Positions 52,016 through 63,561 of a stretch of 64,000 nt of DNA are shown here, one piece after another (within the stretch, counting starts at the first letter, position 1; the number at the start of each line of letters is the position of its first letter). The stretch is taken from the NCBI RefSeq assembly GCF_035084215.1, contig NC_090332.1, forward strand, positions 1,798,001 to 1,862,000, written 5' to 3'. Under the pieces are notes generated by a model. The model saw only the letters and a list, made by a program, of their open reading frames with translations, did no database searches and was not told where the DNA came from. This stretch comes from Heptranchias perlo. Lineage: Eukaryota. Made by a program: the position numbers and the translations under genes.

Positions 52016-52160
52016 GGGGTAAATTTTTGTCTTCATCCCATAGGCGGTCATTTGGCAGAGTGGATCATTTGCCCGTTATAGTGTGATTCTGTCCCATCTT
52101 CATACCATTGATCCGATTTGCCAGATTACCGCCTACGGCATGAAGACAAAAACTTACCCC
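52016..52160. mobile_element. Palindromic MITE
   Basis: ggggtaaatttttgtcttcat...atgaagacaaaaacttacccc. Confidence 0.7.
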
Positions 52161-52504
52161 AGGGACCAATGGAAATAGTTCTTCCTGATTCACTTCATGA
52201 CAGATTCTTAATTTTGGACATCTTACTTTAAGATGGATGTCACCCCCATGGAAAGGGTGAAGAAGAGATTCAGTAAAATAATATGAGGGCTGAGAAGCTT
52301 TAGTTATGAGGTGACACTGGAGAAACTGGGGCTCTTTTCATTACAAAGGTTCAGAGGAGATCTGATAAAGGTTGTGAGTGGTTTTGATGAAGTAAATCGA
52401 CACAAACTATTTTGATTATTTGGTGAGTTGTTAACGAGAGGGCATAAATTTAAGATCATTGCCAAAACATGATTAATTTTGGAATCTGGGAGAAGTTTCA
52501 ATAA

Positions 52505-54075
52505 ACATTCCCCGGGACCTGATGAAATGTATCCCAGGACGTTATGGGAGGTTAGGGAGGAAATTGCGGGTCCCCTAGCAGAGATATTTGAATCATCCAC
52601 CGCTACAGGTGAGGTGCCTGAAGATTGGAGGGGAGCAAATGTTGTGCCTTTGTTTAAGAAGGGCGGCAGGGAAAAGCCTGGGAACTACAGACCGGTGAGC
52701 CTGACATCTGTAGTGGGTAAGTTGTTAGAGGGTATTCTGAGGGACAGGATCGACAGGCATTTGGAGAGGCAGGGACTGATTAGGAACAGTCAGCATGGTT
52801 TTGTGAGAGGAAAATCATGTCTCACGAATTTGATTGAGTTTTTTGAAGGGGTAACCAAGAAGATAGATGAGGGCTGTGCAGTGGACGTGGTCTACATGGA
52901 CTTCAGCAAAGCCTTTGACAAGGTACCACATGGTAGGTTGTTACATAAGGTTAAATCTCTCGGGATCCAAGGTGAGGTAGCCAATTGGATACAAAATTGG
53001 CTTGACGACAGAAGACAGAGGGTGGTTGTAGAGGGTTGTTTTTCAAACTGGAGGTCTGTGACCAGCGGTGTGCCTCAGGGATCGGTGCTGGGTCCGCTGT
53101 TATTTGTTATTTATATTAATGATTTGGATGAGAATTTAGGAGGCATGGTTAGTAAGTTTGCAGATGACACCAAGATTGGTGGCATTGTGGACAGTGAAGA
53201 AGGTTATCTAGGATTGCAACAGGATCTTGATAAATTGGGCCAGTGGGCCGATGAATGGCAGATGGAGTTTAATTTAGATAAATGTGAGGTGATGCATTTT
53301 GGTAGATCGAATCGGGCCAGGACCTACTCCGTTAATGGTAGGGCGTTGGGGAGAGTTATAGAACAAAGAGATCCAGGAGTACAGGTTCATAGCTCCTTGA
53401 AAGTGGAGTTACAGGTGGATAGGGTGGTGAAGAAGGCATTCGGCATGCTTGGTTTCATTGGTCAGAACATTGAATACAGGAGTTGGGATGTCTTGTTGAA
53501 GTTGTACAAGACATTAGTAAGGCCACACTTGGAATGCTGTGTACAGTTCTGGTCACCCTATTATAGAAAGGATATTATTAAACTAGAAAGAGTGCAGAAA
53601 AGATTTACTAGGATGCTACCGGGACTTGATGGTTTGACTTATAGGGAGAGGTTAGATCGACTGAGACTTTTTTCCCTGGAGAGTAGGAGGTTAAGGGGTG
53701 ATCTTATAGAAGTCTATAAAATAATGAGGGGCATAGATAAGGTAGATAGTCAAAATCTTTCCCAAAGGTAGGGGAGTCTATAACGAGGGGGCATAGATTT
53801 AAGGTGAGAGGGGAGAGATACAAAAGGGTCCAGAGGGGCAATTTTTTAACTCAAAGGGTGGTGAGTGTCTGGAACGAGCTGCCAGAGGCAGTAGTAGAGG
53901 CGGGTACAATTTTGTCTTTTAAAAAGCATTTGGACAGTTACATGGGTAAGATGGCTTTAGAGGGATATGGGCCAAGTGCAGGCAATTGGGACCAGCTTAG
54001 TGGTATAAACTGGGCGACATGGACATGTTGGGCCGAAGGGCCTGTTTCCATATTGTAACTTCTATGATTCTATGA
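52505..54075 (+). mobile_element. 5'-truncated CR1 with largely open RT (430-aa ORF)
   Basis: NYRPVSLTS, DFSKAFDKV, GVPQGSVLGP, FADD; ttctatga tail. Confidence 0.92.
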
Positions 54076-55607
54076 GAAATGTTAAATGGTACCTCCCTTC
54101 TCCCTTGCCTTTCCAAGCACCAGGTGGGCACCCATCTGGAGGAGTGCAGAAGAAGCAGTGATAAGCCTTGTGCCCAGTCCTGCTCAGGTGGGTGATCTGA
54201 GTGGGGCCTGGGTGCCAACTATCGCATCCATGCAGAAGTGAAGTGCCTTCTTTTGCAAGACCATCAGTGCCATTAATATGATGTGAAGCTGCAAATGTAG
54301 CTGAGTTCAGGACAGGTTAGGCAAAGCACATTGCATCTCCTTCACCCCCCAAAGGTTAGCAGGAAAAACTGAAAACTATCTATCCATCCATCCTCACATC
54401 TCCACCATTCTACCCTGGTGGGCTGCCCTCCATGGACAACATCCCCCACCATCTCAGTCTATACCTATTCCTGTAAACTCCAGTCTCACGCTCAAGCAAA
54501 TATTTATCCAGCTCCTTTTTTGAAGGAGTTAATCAGTTCAGCATCAAATTCTGCTGGGAGTTTGTTCCATAAATCTACTGCTGTCCGCTCTCTAGTCTTG
54601 CTTGTTAATTTTACAACTTCATTTTTCAATTCTGTGGCCAGAGTCTTGGACTAACAACCTGCTTATATCTACATCATGTATCTTTTGCACAAAAAGTTTT
54701 GGAATCTCTTCCCCCCTGTAATCTTCCGTTTGCCAATGAAAACAAGTTCAACTCTGCCGCTCTTTCCTCATAATATAGAGACTGAGGTCCCAAAATCAAT
54801 GTGATTTTGAAGATGAGGGTGCCCAGCACTGCATGTAATCAGGTAAACTGTGAGACTCTGCTCCTGGCATGGAGTTGAGTTCATTGGGAATCTCCGAGGA
54901 TTTATCCAAATCTTACAGATAAAGGGTGGAATTTAACTTTGCCAAAATGGACGGTGACGGGTTAACCACCCGTTATGCAACGCGGCCTATTATCTTTCCA
55001 TTGAAGACATCGTCTTCTCCAACTTGCTAACAAATTTGTTTGACATTTTCTGTTCCAATATGTAGAACTTTACACTTATCTACTTCACCATTCCTCAACT
55101 CATCTGCTCACATCTTTTTAAAATTAGTTTATCTCCTTTATACAAGTCACATGGCCACATCGATTGGCGATATCAGCAAATGTTACACTACTGTATACAA
55201 AGTACTCTCCTCCAGGCCGTGTAAGGTTTGTGTGATCAGCAGAGGATACAGAAGAGACCCCACTGGGCCTCTGGTAATCACTGTCCCTCCGTCCGAGGAT
55301 CTCTGCTGCTTTTATCAACACTTCTACTTCCTTTTGCCAAACGGTTTTCAACACAGCTAGAAAACATAGTAAATGGTCAATGTGTGATCCTGGGACAGAC
55401 TGACAGCCCACATTATAGACAAATCAAAGTGCTCTATGTTTAAACTAACATTATCCCTCCAAGTTCCCACCATGTCGGGTTCCTGATCAATCTGAATTCC
55501 ACCCTGGTTTTATTTTCCCATTGGCGCCATTTCAGACTGCACTGACTGAAGAGAATCTGATTTCTTCCCCTGATCTTCGACCTGAAACATGTGTTTTCCT
55601 TTCACAG

Positions 55608-55742
55608 TTTCTGAAGCACAAGTGGATCGAGACGTGAAGACGACCCTTGTCTGGATCATTCTGGGGGCTGTGCTGGGAGTTACTGTCATTACTGGAGGCA
55701 TTTTACTCATCAGATATAAACTTTTTGGGAAAAAACAATCCC
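55608..55742 (+). CDS. Gene B: stalk and transmembrane exon
   Basis: Acceptor ttttcctttcacAG, donor C|GTATGT, 135 nt, phase 1-1. (I)SEAQVDRDVKTTLVWIILGAVLGVTVITGGILLIRYKLFGKKQS: hydrophobic span followed by basic stop-transfer residues. Confidence 0.88.
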
Positions 55743-55921
55743 GTATGTGTAACTAAATAATTCAGTTTGACTTGATTGTTTATATAGTTCCTAAAATATA
55801 AAAGGCCACAACCAATTGTTAAAGAACCTGTTTTGGTAATGTATAAAAAGTTATTATTGGCAGCAAATTATGATTAATATGACTAATTGATGTTGGTGAG
55901 ATTTTATCATTTACTTCACAG

Positions 55922-55995
55922 CATCATCGGGTACAGCTGGTGATCAGGACACAACTGCAGATTATGAAAATATTTCTTGTGCAAGAGACACACGG
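55922..55995 (+). CDS. Gene B: cytoplasmic exon with YENI motif
   Basis: Acceptor tttacttcacAG, donor CGG|GTGAGT, phase 1-0. (P)SSGTAGDQDTTADYENISCARDTR. Confidence 0.85.
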
Positions 55996-56589
55996 GTGAG
56001 TTCAGTTGGTTTTCGAGGATGTTGCTTTCTGTAATGAGAAAGGATCTGTGTGGTGGGACTGATCTGATGGTATGTTTGTGACTTCTTTTTACACCATTTT
56101 ATCCAGTTATTTTCCAGCTCTTATTTTCCCCAGGTGGCACTGTAGACCATCTGAATATTTGCAATTAAGATAAATGTCTTTGCATTGCACAAATGTACTT
56201 TGATGAATCTGTCCCTGGATGCAGAGATACTCATCACACACCGGCAGAGGATGAAGAGATATGTAGGCATAGACTCCAAGTCTGAACGATTTGAGTGAGG
56301 GTTTAGTGGGCAGTAGTTTGTAATATCTTTGGTCAGCAAATCTGCTGATTTCCCATTCCCCACAACATTACATTTGAAATTATCCTCTCTTTAAATCCTT
56401 CTGGGCCGTCGTCCAATCCTACCTCTACAATCTCCTCCAGCTCTATAATCCTGCACCTCATCACTTCATTCTTCTGACTCTGGCCTGTCGTGCACCTCCC
56501 AACCATTGCTCCTCCATTGGTAATAAAGCCTTCAGTCGCATGGGCCCTGCTCTTTGGAATTCCCTTCAAACTTCACTGCCTTCCGCCTT

Positions 56590-57185
56590 CCACTGCCATC
56601 CACTCCATCCCATCTTCCACTCCCATCCACTCCATCCCATCTTTCACTCCATCCACTCCATTCCATCTTTCACTCCATCCACTCCATCCCATCTTCCACT
56701 CCCATCCACTCCATCCCATCTTTCACTCCATCCACTCCATTCCATCTTTCACTCCATCCACTCCATCCCATCTTCCACTCCCATCCACTCCATCCCATCT
56801 TTCACTCCCATCCACTCCATTCCATCTTTCACTCCATCCACTCCATCCCATCTTCCACTCCCATCCACTCCATCCCATCTTTCACTCCCATCCACTCCAT
56901 CCCATCTTTCACTCCCATCCACTCCATCCCATCTTCCACTCCATCCACTCCATCCCATCTTTCACTCCATCCACTCCATCCCATCTTTCACTCCCATCCA
57001 CTCCATCCCATCTTCCACTCCATCCACTCCATCCCATCTTTCACTCCCATCCACTCCATCCCATCTTCCACTCCATCCACTCCATTCCATCTTCCACTCC
57101 ATCCCATCTTCCACTGCCATCCACTCCATCCCATCTTCCACTGCCATCCACTCCATCCCATCTTCCACTGCCATCCATTCTGCCA
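56590..57185. repeat. Pyrimidine-rich minisatellite (ccatccactccatcccatctt(t)cactc variants)
   Basis: Directly visible tandem units; explains the His/Pro/Ser ORFs. Confidence 0.92.
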
Positions 57186-57384
57186 TCCTTTTCCTCCCTC
57201 CGCCATCCATTCCTGCTACTGGTCCTTCCCACTGCCATCCACTCCCCCGACCCAAATTGCTGTCCATTTCCCTCCTCAAATTCCTGCTGCCATCCATTGT
57301 CAGCCTCCCTCTAACTATCACCCCTTCTCTTTCTCCCTCTTCCACTGTCATTCATTCTGTCATCTCTCCTTGACATCTCATTGA

Positions 57385-59790
57385 AACATACAAAATTCTT
57401 TCAGTGATCCACAGGGTTGATGCAGGGAGGATGTTTCCCCTGGGTGGGGAGTCTAGAATCTGAGGTCACAATCTCAGAATAAGGGATAGGCCATTTTGCA
57501 CAGAGATGAGGAGAAATTTCCTCACTCAGAGGGTGGTGAATCTTTGGAATTCTCTACCCCAGAGGGCTATGGAGGCTCAGTCATTGAGTACATTCAAAAC
57601 AGAAATTGATAGATTTCTAGATATTAAAGGCATCAAGGGATATGGGGATAGTGCAGGAAAATGGCGTTGAGGTAGAAGATCAGCCATGATCTTGTTGAAT
57701 GGCGGAGCAGGCTCGAGGGGCCGGATGGCCCACTCCTGCTCCTATTTTTTATGTTCCATTTCCTCCCTCCCCTCCCCTCGCTATCTATTTTGTTCCCCAT
57801 GCCATTTATTCCCCCCTCCCCTGCTTCCCCCCACGCCTACCTGTGTTTGGCAGTTAATGCACTGGACAGATCCTGCTCTCTTTTCAGTGGTCTCATGGCA
57901 CTAACGACCTGCATCACCAGAATGGGAATTCCTGCCTGCACTGAGGCAGATATCCCGGCCATTAGGACTGGGACCGTGCTGAGAGGAGAGAGCGACCTGC
58001 ACTCGGGAGGAACAGAACTGTGGTGCATTAAGCACTAACACACTGACTGGGGCCGCAAAACACTGACTGCCTGTGTGAAACACTGATGGTTGGCAAATAG
58101 GATTATGTATATGTTATAATAACTGAGTAATCAGACCCAATGGGTTTACATGGTGCCGGACTGTGTGCTTGTTTGATTCAGTGTCTTCGGATCTGCAATT
58201 TTTTGCAAAGCAGTTGCTTTTCCAGAATTGTGCTAGATGCACCCTTGGCAGGAGAAACAGTGGTTTGTGGTATTCACCCCTGTAATTATAGCATGTAGTT
58301 GTAGGCATGGGACCAGCAGTAAATCTGGCCTTGTTCTGGGGATAATTGAAGTTTCAATCAGGTAACATTAGAACATAAGAAATAGGAGCAGGAGTAGGCC
58401 ATACGGCCTCTCAAGCCTGCTCCGCCATTCAACAAGACCATGGCTGATCTTCAACCTCAACTCCACTTTCCTGCCTGATCCCCACATCCCTTGATTCCCC
58501 TAGAGACCAAAAATCTATCTATTTCAGCCTTGAATATGCTCAACGACTGAGCATCCACAGCCCTCTGGAGCAGAGAATTCCAAAGATTCACAACCCACTG
58601 AGTAACCTTCAGTCCCATTTTCCATTTGCTGTGCCTGTGTTTCTGACTCCAATTTGCTTGATTGGTATGTGAGCATTTGTTTAAAATCATTTCAGAATCC
58701 TTTAAAACTTGTCTTCGCAACTTTGCTGATAAACACTCTTATAGTATCTGAATTCCATTGCCATTATTGACTCCGACGTGACATGACATTGTATGGTGTC
58801 CGTTCATGCTGTTCCCAGGTTGTTGCCACGCTGGCCTCAACTTATAGATTACAAGGTCAAGACTTTTTGGTCTTGGGAAAAATAAACTATAAGGCTTCTT
58901 TTAGGCTGGTTATACTTGTTACAAACACTCTCCCCAACCCCGTGTCTCGCAATGTATCGAAAATAGTCAGAGTTTCTTCACTTGAAAAATGAAGTGACAT
59001 AGAATCATACGAAGGTTACAGGACAGAAGGATGGCATTCGGCCCATCAAGTCCATGCCGGCTCTGTGCAAGAGCAATCCAACTGTTCCCACTCCCCGCCC
59101 TATCCCCGTAGCCCTGCAAATTATTAAATTATTTCCTTTCAAGTTCTTATCCAGTTCCCTTTTGAAGGCCACGATTGAATCTGTCTCCACCACCCCCTCA
59201 GGCAGCGCATTCCAGATCCTAACCACTCGCTGCGTAAAAGCTTTTTTCCTCATGTCACCTTTGGTTCTTTTGCTAATCTCCTTAAATCTATGTCCTCTGG
59301 TCTTGACCCTTCCGCCAATGGGAACAGTTTCTCTCTATCTACTCTGTCGAGATCCTTCATGATTTTGAATACCTCTATCAAATCTCCTCACAACCTTCTC
59401 TGTTCCAAGGAGAACAACCCCAGCTTCTCCAGTCTATCTACGTAACTAAAGTCCCTCATCTCTGGAACATTCTAGTAAATCTCTTCTGCACCCTCTCTAA
59501 GGCCTTCACATCTTTCCTAAAATGCGGTGCCCAGAACTGGACACAATACTCCAGTTGTGGCCGAGCCAGTGTTTTATAAAGGTTCATCATGACTTCCTCA
59601 CTTTTATACTCTTTGCCTCTATTTATAAAGCCCAGGATCCCGTATGCTTTTTTACCCTGTTTCCCAACCTGCCCTGCTACCTTCAATGATTTGTGTACAT
59701 ATACCCCCAGGTCACTCTGTTCCTGTTCCCCTTTTAGAATTGTGCCCTCTAGTTTATATTGCCTCTCCTCGTTCTTCCTACCGAAATGTG
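57385..59790. mobile_element. CR1 3' fragments: 57385-57755 (+), 58365-58605 (-), 58998-59790 (-)
   Basis: FFTQRVV.LWN.LP coding ends and conserved 3' UTRs. Confidence 0.78.
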
Positions 59791-60126
59791 CCTAGTTTTG
59801 TGGTCTAATCTTTCACATCCATGGCTCTGACATATTTCCAATCTCTTTATCCACTTGTCCTGTCGTGGTCTGAGTGTGTGTACAAGTTGTGAACCTCAAA
59901 GACTGGGAAAAGGAAATCTGCTCTCAGACTACACTCTGCTCCCTCTGCTGACTGTTTTTATGCAGGCCCCAGAACTGTGGTATTTTCATCTGACGGTTTC
60001 TTTTTGACGTGTTCTCAGTGGCTGTGCTGCATCTTGTTCCAGTTGGGGATATCCTTTATTTCATGCTTCTCTACACTCACTTTACAAGACTGATTTGATC
60101 TGACTTCTTTTGGTTATCGATTTAAG

Positions 60127-60147
60127 CAAAATGTGTCGATGACTGAA
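60127..60147 (+). CDS. Gene B: possible 21-nt cytoplasmic microexon QNVSMTE
   Basis: Pyrimidine-rich acceptor ending tttaAG, donor GAA|GTAACG, phase 0-0 and frame-preserving; leaves a 94-nt intron to the next exon. Confidence 0.45.
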
Positions 60148-60241
60148 GTAACGTCAGTCGACACAGTTATCCCAGAGGATTCTTAAACCAACACCAGCAA
60201 TATATTGGACAGGGTAACTATCCGTTTGTAATTTGTTGCAG

Positions 60242-60283
60242 AACTCTGGAGATCGTCCGGCAGATTCAAATGCCACGTACATG
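60242..60283 (+). CDS. Gene B: cytoplasmic exon, first part of ITAM (NSGDRPADSNATYM)
   Basis: Acceptor tttgttgcAG, donor ATG|GTAAGA, 42 nt, phase 0-0. Confidence 0.85.
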
Positions 60284-60385
60284 GTAAGAAACTCCAATTT
60301 AAGAACGTTCAAAGGTTCCAACTGACCCTTCATTGTGCACGTGTTACACGACGGCTGTTCCTATCATTTCTCTGTTTTCTGTTAG

Positions 60386-60428
60386 GCATTACAGCGACCG
60401 GATCAGTCCATATACAGTGATCTTAAAG
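60386..60428 (+). CDS. Gene B: cytoplasmic exon, second part of ITAM (ALQRPDQSIYSDLK)
   Basis: Acceptor ctgttttctgttAG, donor G|GTATGT, 43 nt, phase 0-1; joins the previous exon to give YMALQRPDQSIYSDL. Confidence 0.85.
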
Positions 60429-61195
60429 GTATGTTTCTGTAACACTTAACAAGGGTACAGGCAAAGCGTGTGTTATCTGTCAATTTTTGTACAAATGGTG
60501 AAACTGTGGGAAAATCTTCATGTAAAATGGATCCATAGCAGCAACATTGCAATGAGTCCAGTGGGGTAAGGGGCCGTTGGTAGCCCAGTACAGTGATGGA
60601 TTGGGTGTTGTGTGGTATTTAACAGCTTTTACTAAATCATTAACACCCACAGCCACACTCTCATCCTCTCATTTTCGTACATTTGTTAACACTGATGTAT
60701 CTAAAGCAGATTAAAAGTAGCCAGTACAATTTCTTTTCCAATTCAACATTTCCATTGGTTTTATGCAAATTATTGGCTCAGACTTTTCCAACAAGAGCAA
60801 TGTCATATCAATTCTGGGCAATTAGACCACAATAATCAAGGAAAGCTACCTACTGACAGGCCATTTACACTCTGATAAACCATTAATTACTTGTCACTAT
60901 TATTTCAGAGATAAATGAATCTACCTCTGATTAATTTTTCAACCTTATTTCTATCTGAACACTATTCGATAGGGTAGATTGAGAGAAACTATTTCCCTCT
61001 GGTGGGGGAATCCAGAACAAGGGAATCCAATTTTACAATGAGAGCCAGGCCATTCAGGAGTGAAATCGGGACGCACCTTTTCTAAAGGTGTTTTCCTTCT
61101 CGGGTACAGTTCCACCATCACTGGTGCCTTCTGATTCATCACTCAGATGTCTGTTACTTCAGATAACTGCTTTATTTTTAATTTTGTTCAAACAG

Positions 61196-61221
61196 GCAAT
61201 AAACAAACAGCTGACAACTGA
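61196..61221 (+). CDS. Gene B: candidate terminal coding exon (G)NKQTADN*; alternative at 60909-60934 gives (E)INESTSD*
   Basis: T-rich acceptor tttatttttaattttgttcaaacAG, phase 1 then stop. Cannot choose between the two candidates from sequence alone. Confidence 0.4.
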
Positions 61222-63316
61222 ACCACAGACAAAAACCTTCCACAAGATTTTCTTCGGGGAGTAAGAACATCTGATGGACATTTTGCACAGGAAAAGGTTA
61301 TTAGGCCTAACAAAGCTGCTCCCCCGGCTCGCCAGATCCCCCAATCCCTTCACTCTCCAGTAACTCATCTGGTTGTCTCTTGAACCCATTTATTCTGTTC
61401 ATATCAGGATCATTCTTTGGTTATTTATTCCACAATCCTATTACCCTTTGGGTGATCAGCTCTGCCTGACTTTAACCTTTACTCCGATCTTACTAACTTG
61501 TTTCTTCTGGTATTTGAACAATTTGCTTTGGAATCCTCTTCATCATCTTAAAAAGTTCAATTGGATCAAGCTGAAGGTTTCTGTTTTCCAAAGAAAACAA
61601 TCTAAGCTTCCTTAAATTTCCTTCATAATTTAAATTCCAGGCACCTGGAATAATTGTTTCCGTAGCTTCTGAAAGGTCAGAACATGCAGGCGTCCTCATT
61701 TTTAGTTTAAACCAATGTCTCCCCGTCCCACCCGTCTAAAAGTCGTGAAACACCTTGGCTCAGTGGGCAGCACGCCCCCCCTCTGCGCCAGAAGGTCGTG
61801 GGTCATGTCCCACTCCAGAACTTGTGTTGATAATCCAGGCTGACACACCAGTTCAGTACTGAGGGAGCGCTGCACTGTCGGAGGTGCTGTCTTTCGGATG
61901 AAACGTTAAACCCGAGATCCCGTTTGCCTGTAAAAGATCTCACTCCACCTTGTGAAGAAGGGCAGGATAATTCCCTTTGTGTCCTGGCCAACATTTATCG
62001 CTCAACCAACTGGTCATTTGTCTGAATGCTGTTTGTGGGATCTTGCTGTGCACAAATTGGCTGCTGTGTTTCCGACTTAACAACAGTGACTACATTTCAA
62101 AAGTATTTAATTGGCTGAGCAGTACTTTGGCCGTTCTGAGGTTGAGAAAGGAGCATTTTAAATGCAAGTTCATTCTTATTTATTTACCATCACCAGTAAA
62201 AAACTGAAACAAAAAGTGTCCTTTAAATTTGATGATTTCCTTATAATTTTAATCTCATCAATTTATTGCCCCGATTTTAACTTGGGGCAGGAGTGGACGG
62301 GCGGGCCGAGCCACAAGCTTGGCGCAGGACTGGGTGCGGTGGGGTATGGTGGGACGGGGGTTGGGACCGGGGGCGTGGGGCAGGTGGCTGCAAGAGGCCG
62401 CTGCCATTTTAACCCCTGGGCCTCGTCACCTGATGATTTTAATCGGACTCCCTGCACGATGCTGGTGGCAACGACACGACGGCTGGCGGACGAGCAGGAA
62501 ACTGGCGCAGTATCAGGCTGCCGCCAGGGACCCGAGGATATGGTCCCCAGCAAGTTCAGTGATGAGGGGGAGGGCGATCAATTTACGGGAAGGGGAAGGG
62601 AAGCCCAGGGCCGAGGAGGGCCAAGGATTCCTTGTGGGGCTGGGGAGCACTCCTGCCACGGAGGGATTTGAACACAAGGATGAGAATTTTATCTTCGAGG
62701 TGTTGTGGGACCGGGAGCCGTTGTCGGTCAGGGAGCACAGGGGTGAACGAGACTTAGTGCGGGATTGGTGCCTGTTGTAAAAGGTGCCCGTTCATGGTGT
62801 ATCTGGAGTTAGATTCTCAGTCAAAGGACCTGGACCCTGTAACGTTGTCTTCAACTCCTTCAACTCCTATTTTTGTATTTCAAATATCCTTAACCCTTCC
62901 AAGATTAAATGTTTTTGGCTTGAAGGATAGAATCCCAGTGGACTGGAGAACTGTACAGGACTCGGAGAAGCCTGCTTCAATGGCCAGGAGGCACTTCTGT
63001 ACAAACACCATGGATTAGCAAAATGAATCCTCTAAAACCAGCAGAAATGTTTCAAGAGCACCGACAGAGTGAAAAGTCATGAGGGAAAACAACAAGGAAG
63101 TGAAAGTAAATCCATGGAAACCAACAAAGAAACAGAGAACAAGAGAGGGCTTCTTTTAGCGATTCTTACCCTCTCTCGGCAACTCTCAGGGCCCTGCCTC
63201 TATCAATATGCTCAGGGCCCTGTCTCTATCAATATGCTCAGGGCCCTGTCTCTATATGAATGTGCTCAGGGCCCAGTCTCTATCAATATGCTCAGGGCCC
63301 TGTCTCTATATCAATA

Positions 63317-63561
63317 GTAAACAATTTTACAACACCAAGTTATAGTCCAGCAATTTTATTTTAAATTCACAAGCTTTCGGAGGCTTCCTCCTTCGTCAGG
63401 TGCACGATGTGGAAAATCGTTCACCTGACGAAGGTTTTCCACATCGTTCACCTGATCCGAAAGCTTGTGAATTTAAAATAAAATTGCTGGACTATAACTT
63501 GGTGTTGTAAAATTGTTTACAATTGTCAACCCCAGTCCATCACCGGCATCTCCACATCACA
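63317..63561. mobile_element. Penelope-like element remnant (inverted terminal repeat pair) inserted in the minisatellite
   Basis: gtaaacaattttacaacaccaagttatagtccagc mirrored by gctggactataacttggtgttgtaaaattgtttac; flanked by tctatatcaata on both sides. Confidence 0.75.
63366..63404 (-). ncRNA. Minimal type I hammerhead ribozyme motif in the Penelope-like repeat
   Basis: Minus strand CAC-CUGACGA-a-GGAGG aag CCUCC-GAAA-GCUU-GUG: conserved core boxes, 5-bp stem II, palindromic AAGCUU stem III, short stem I. Confidence 0.7.

Noticed and set aside
56490-57384. Three overlapping ORFs of about 275 aa
   Set aside because: Minisatellite lacking stop codons; no splice support.
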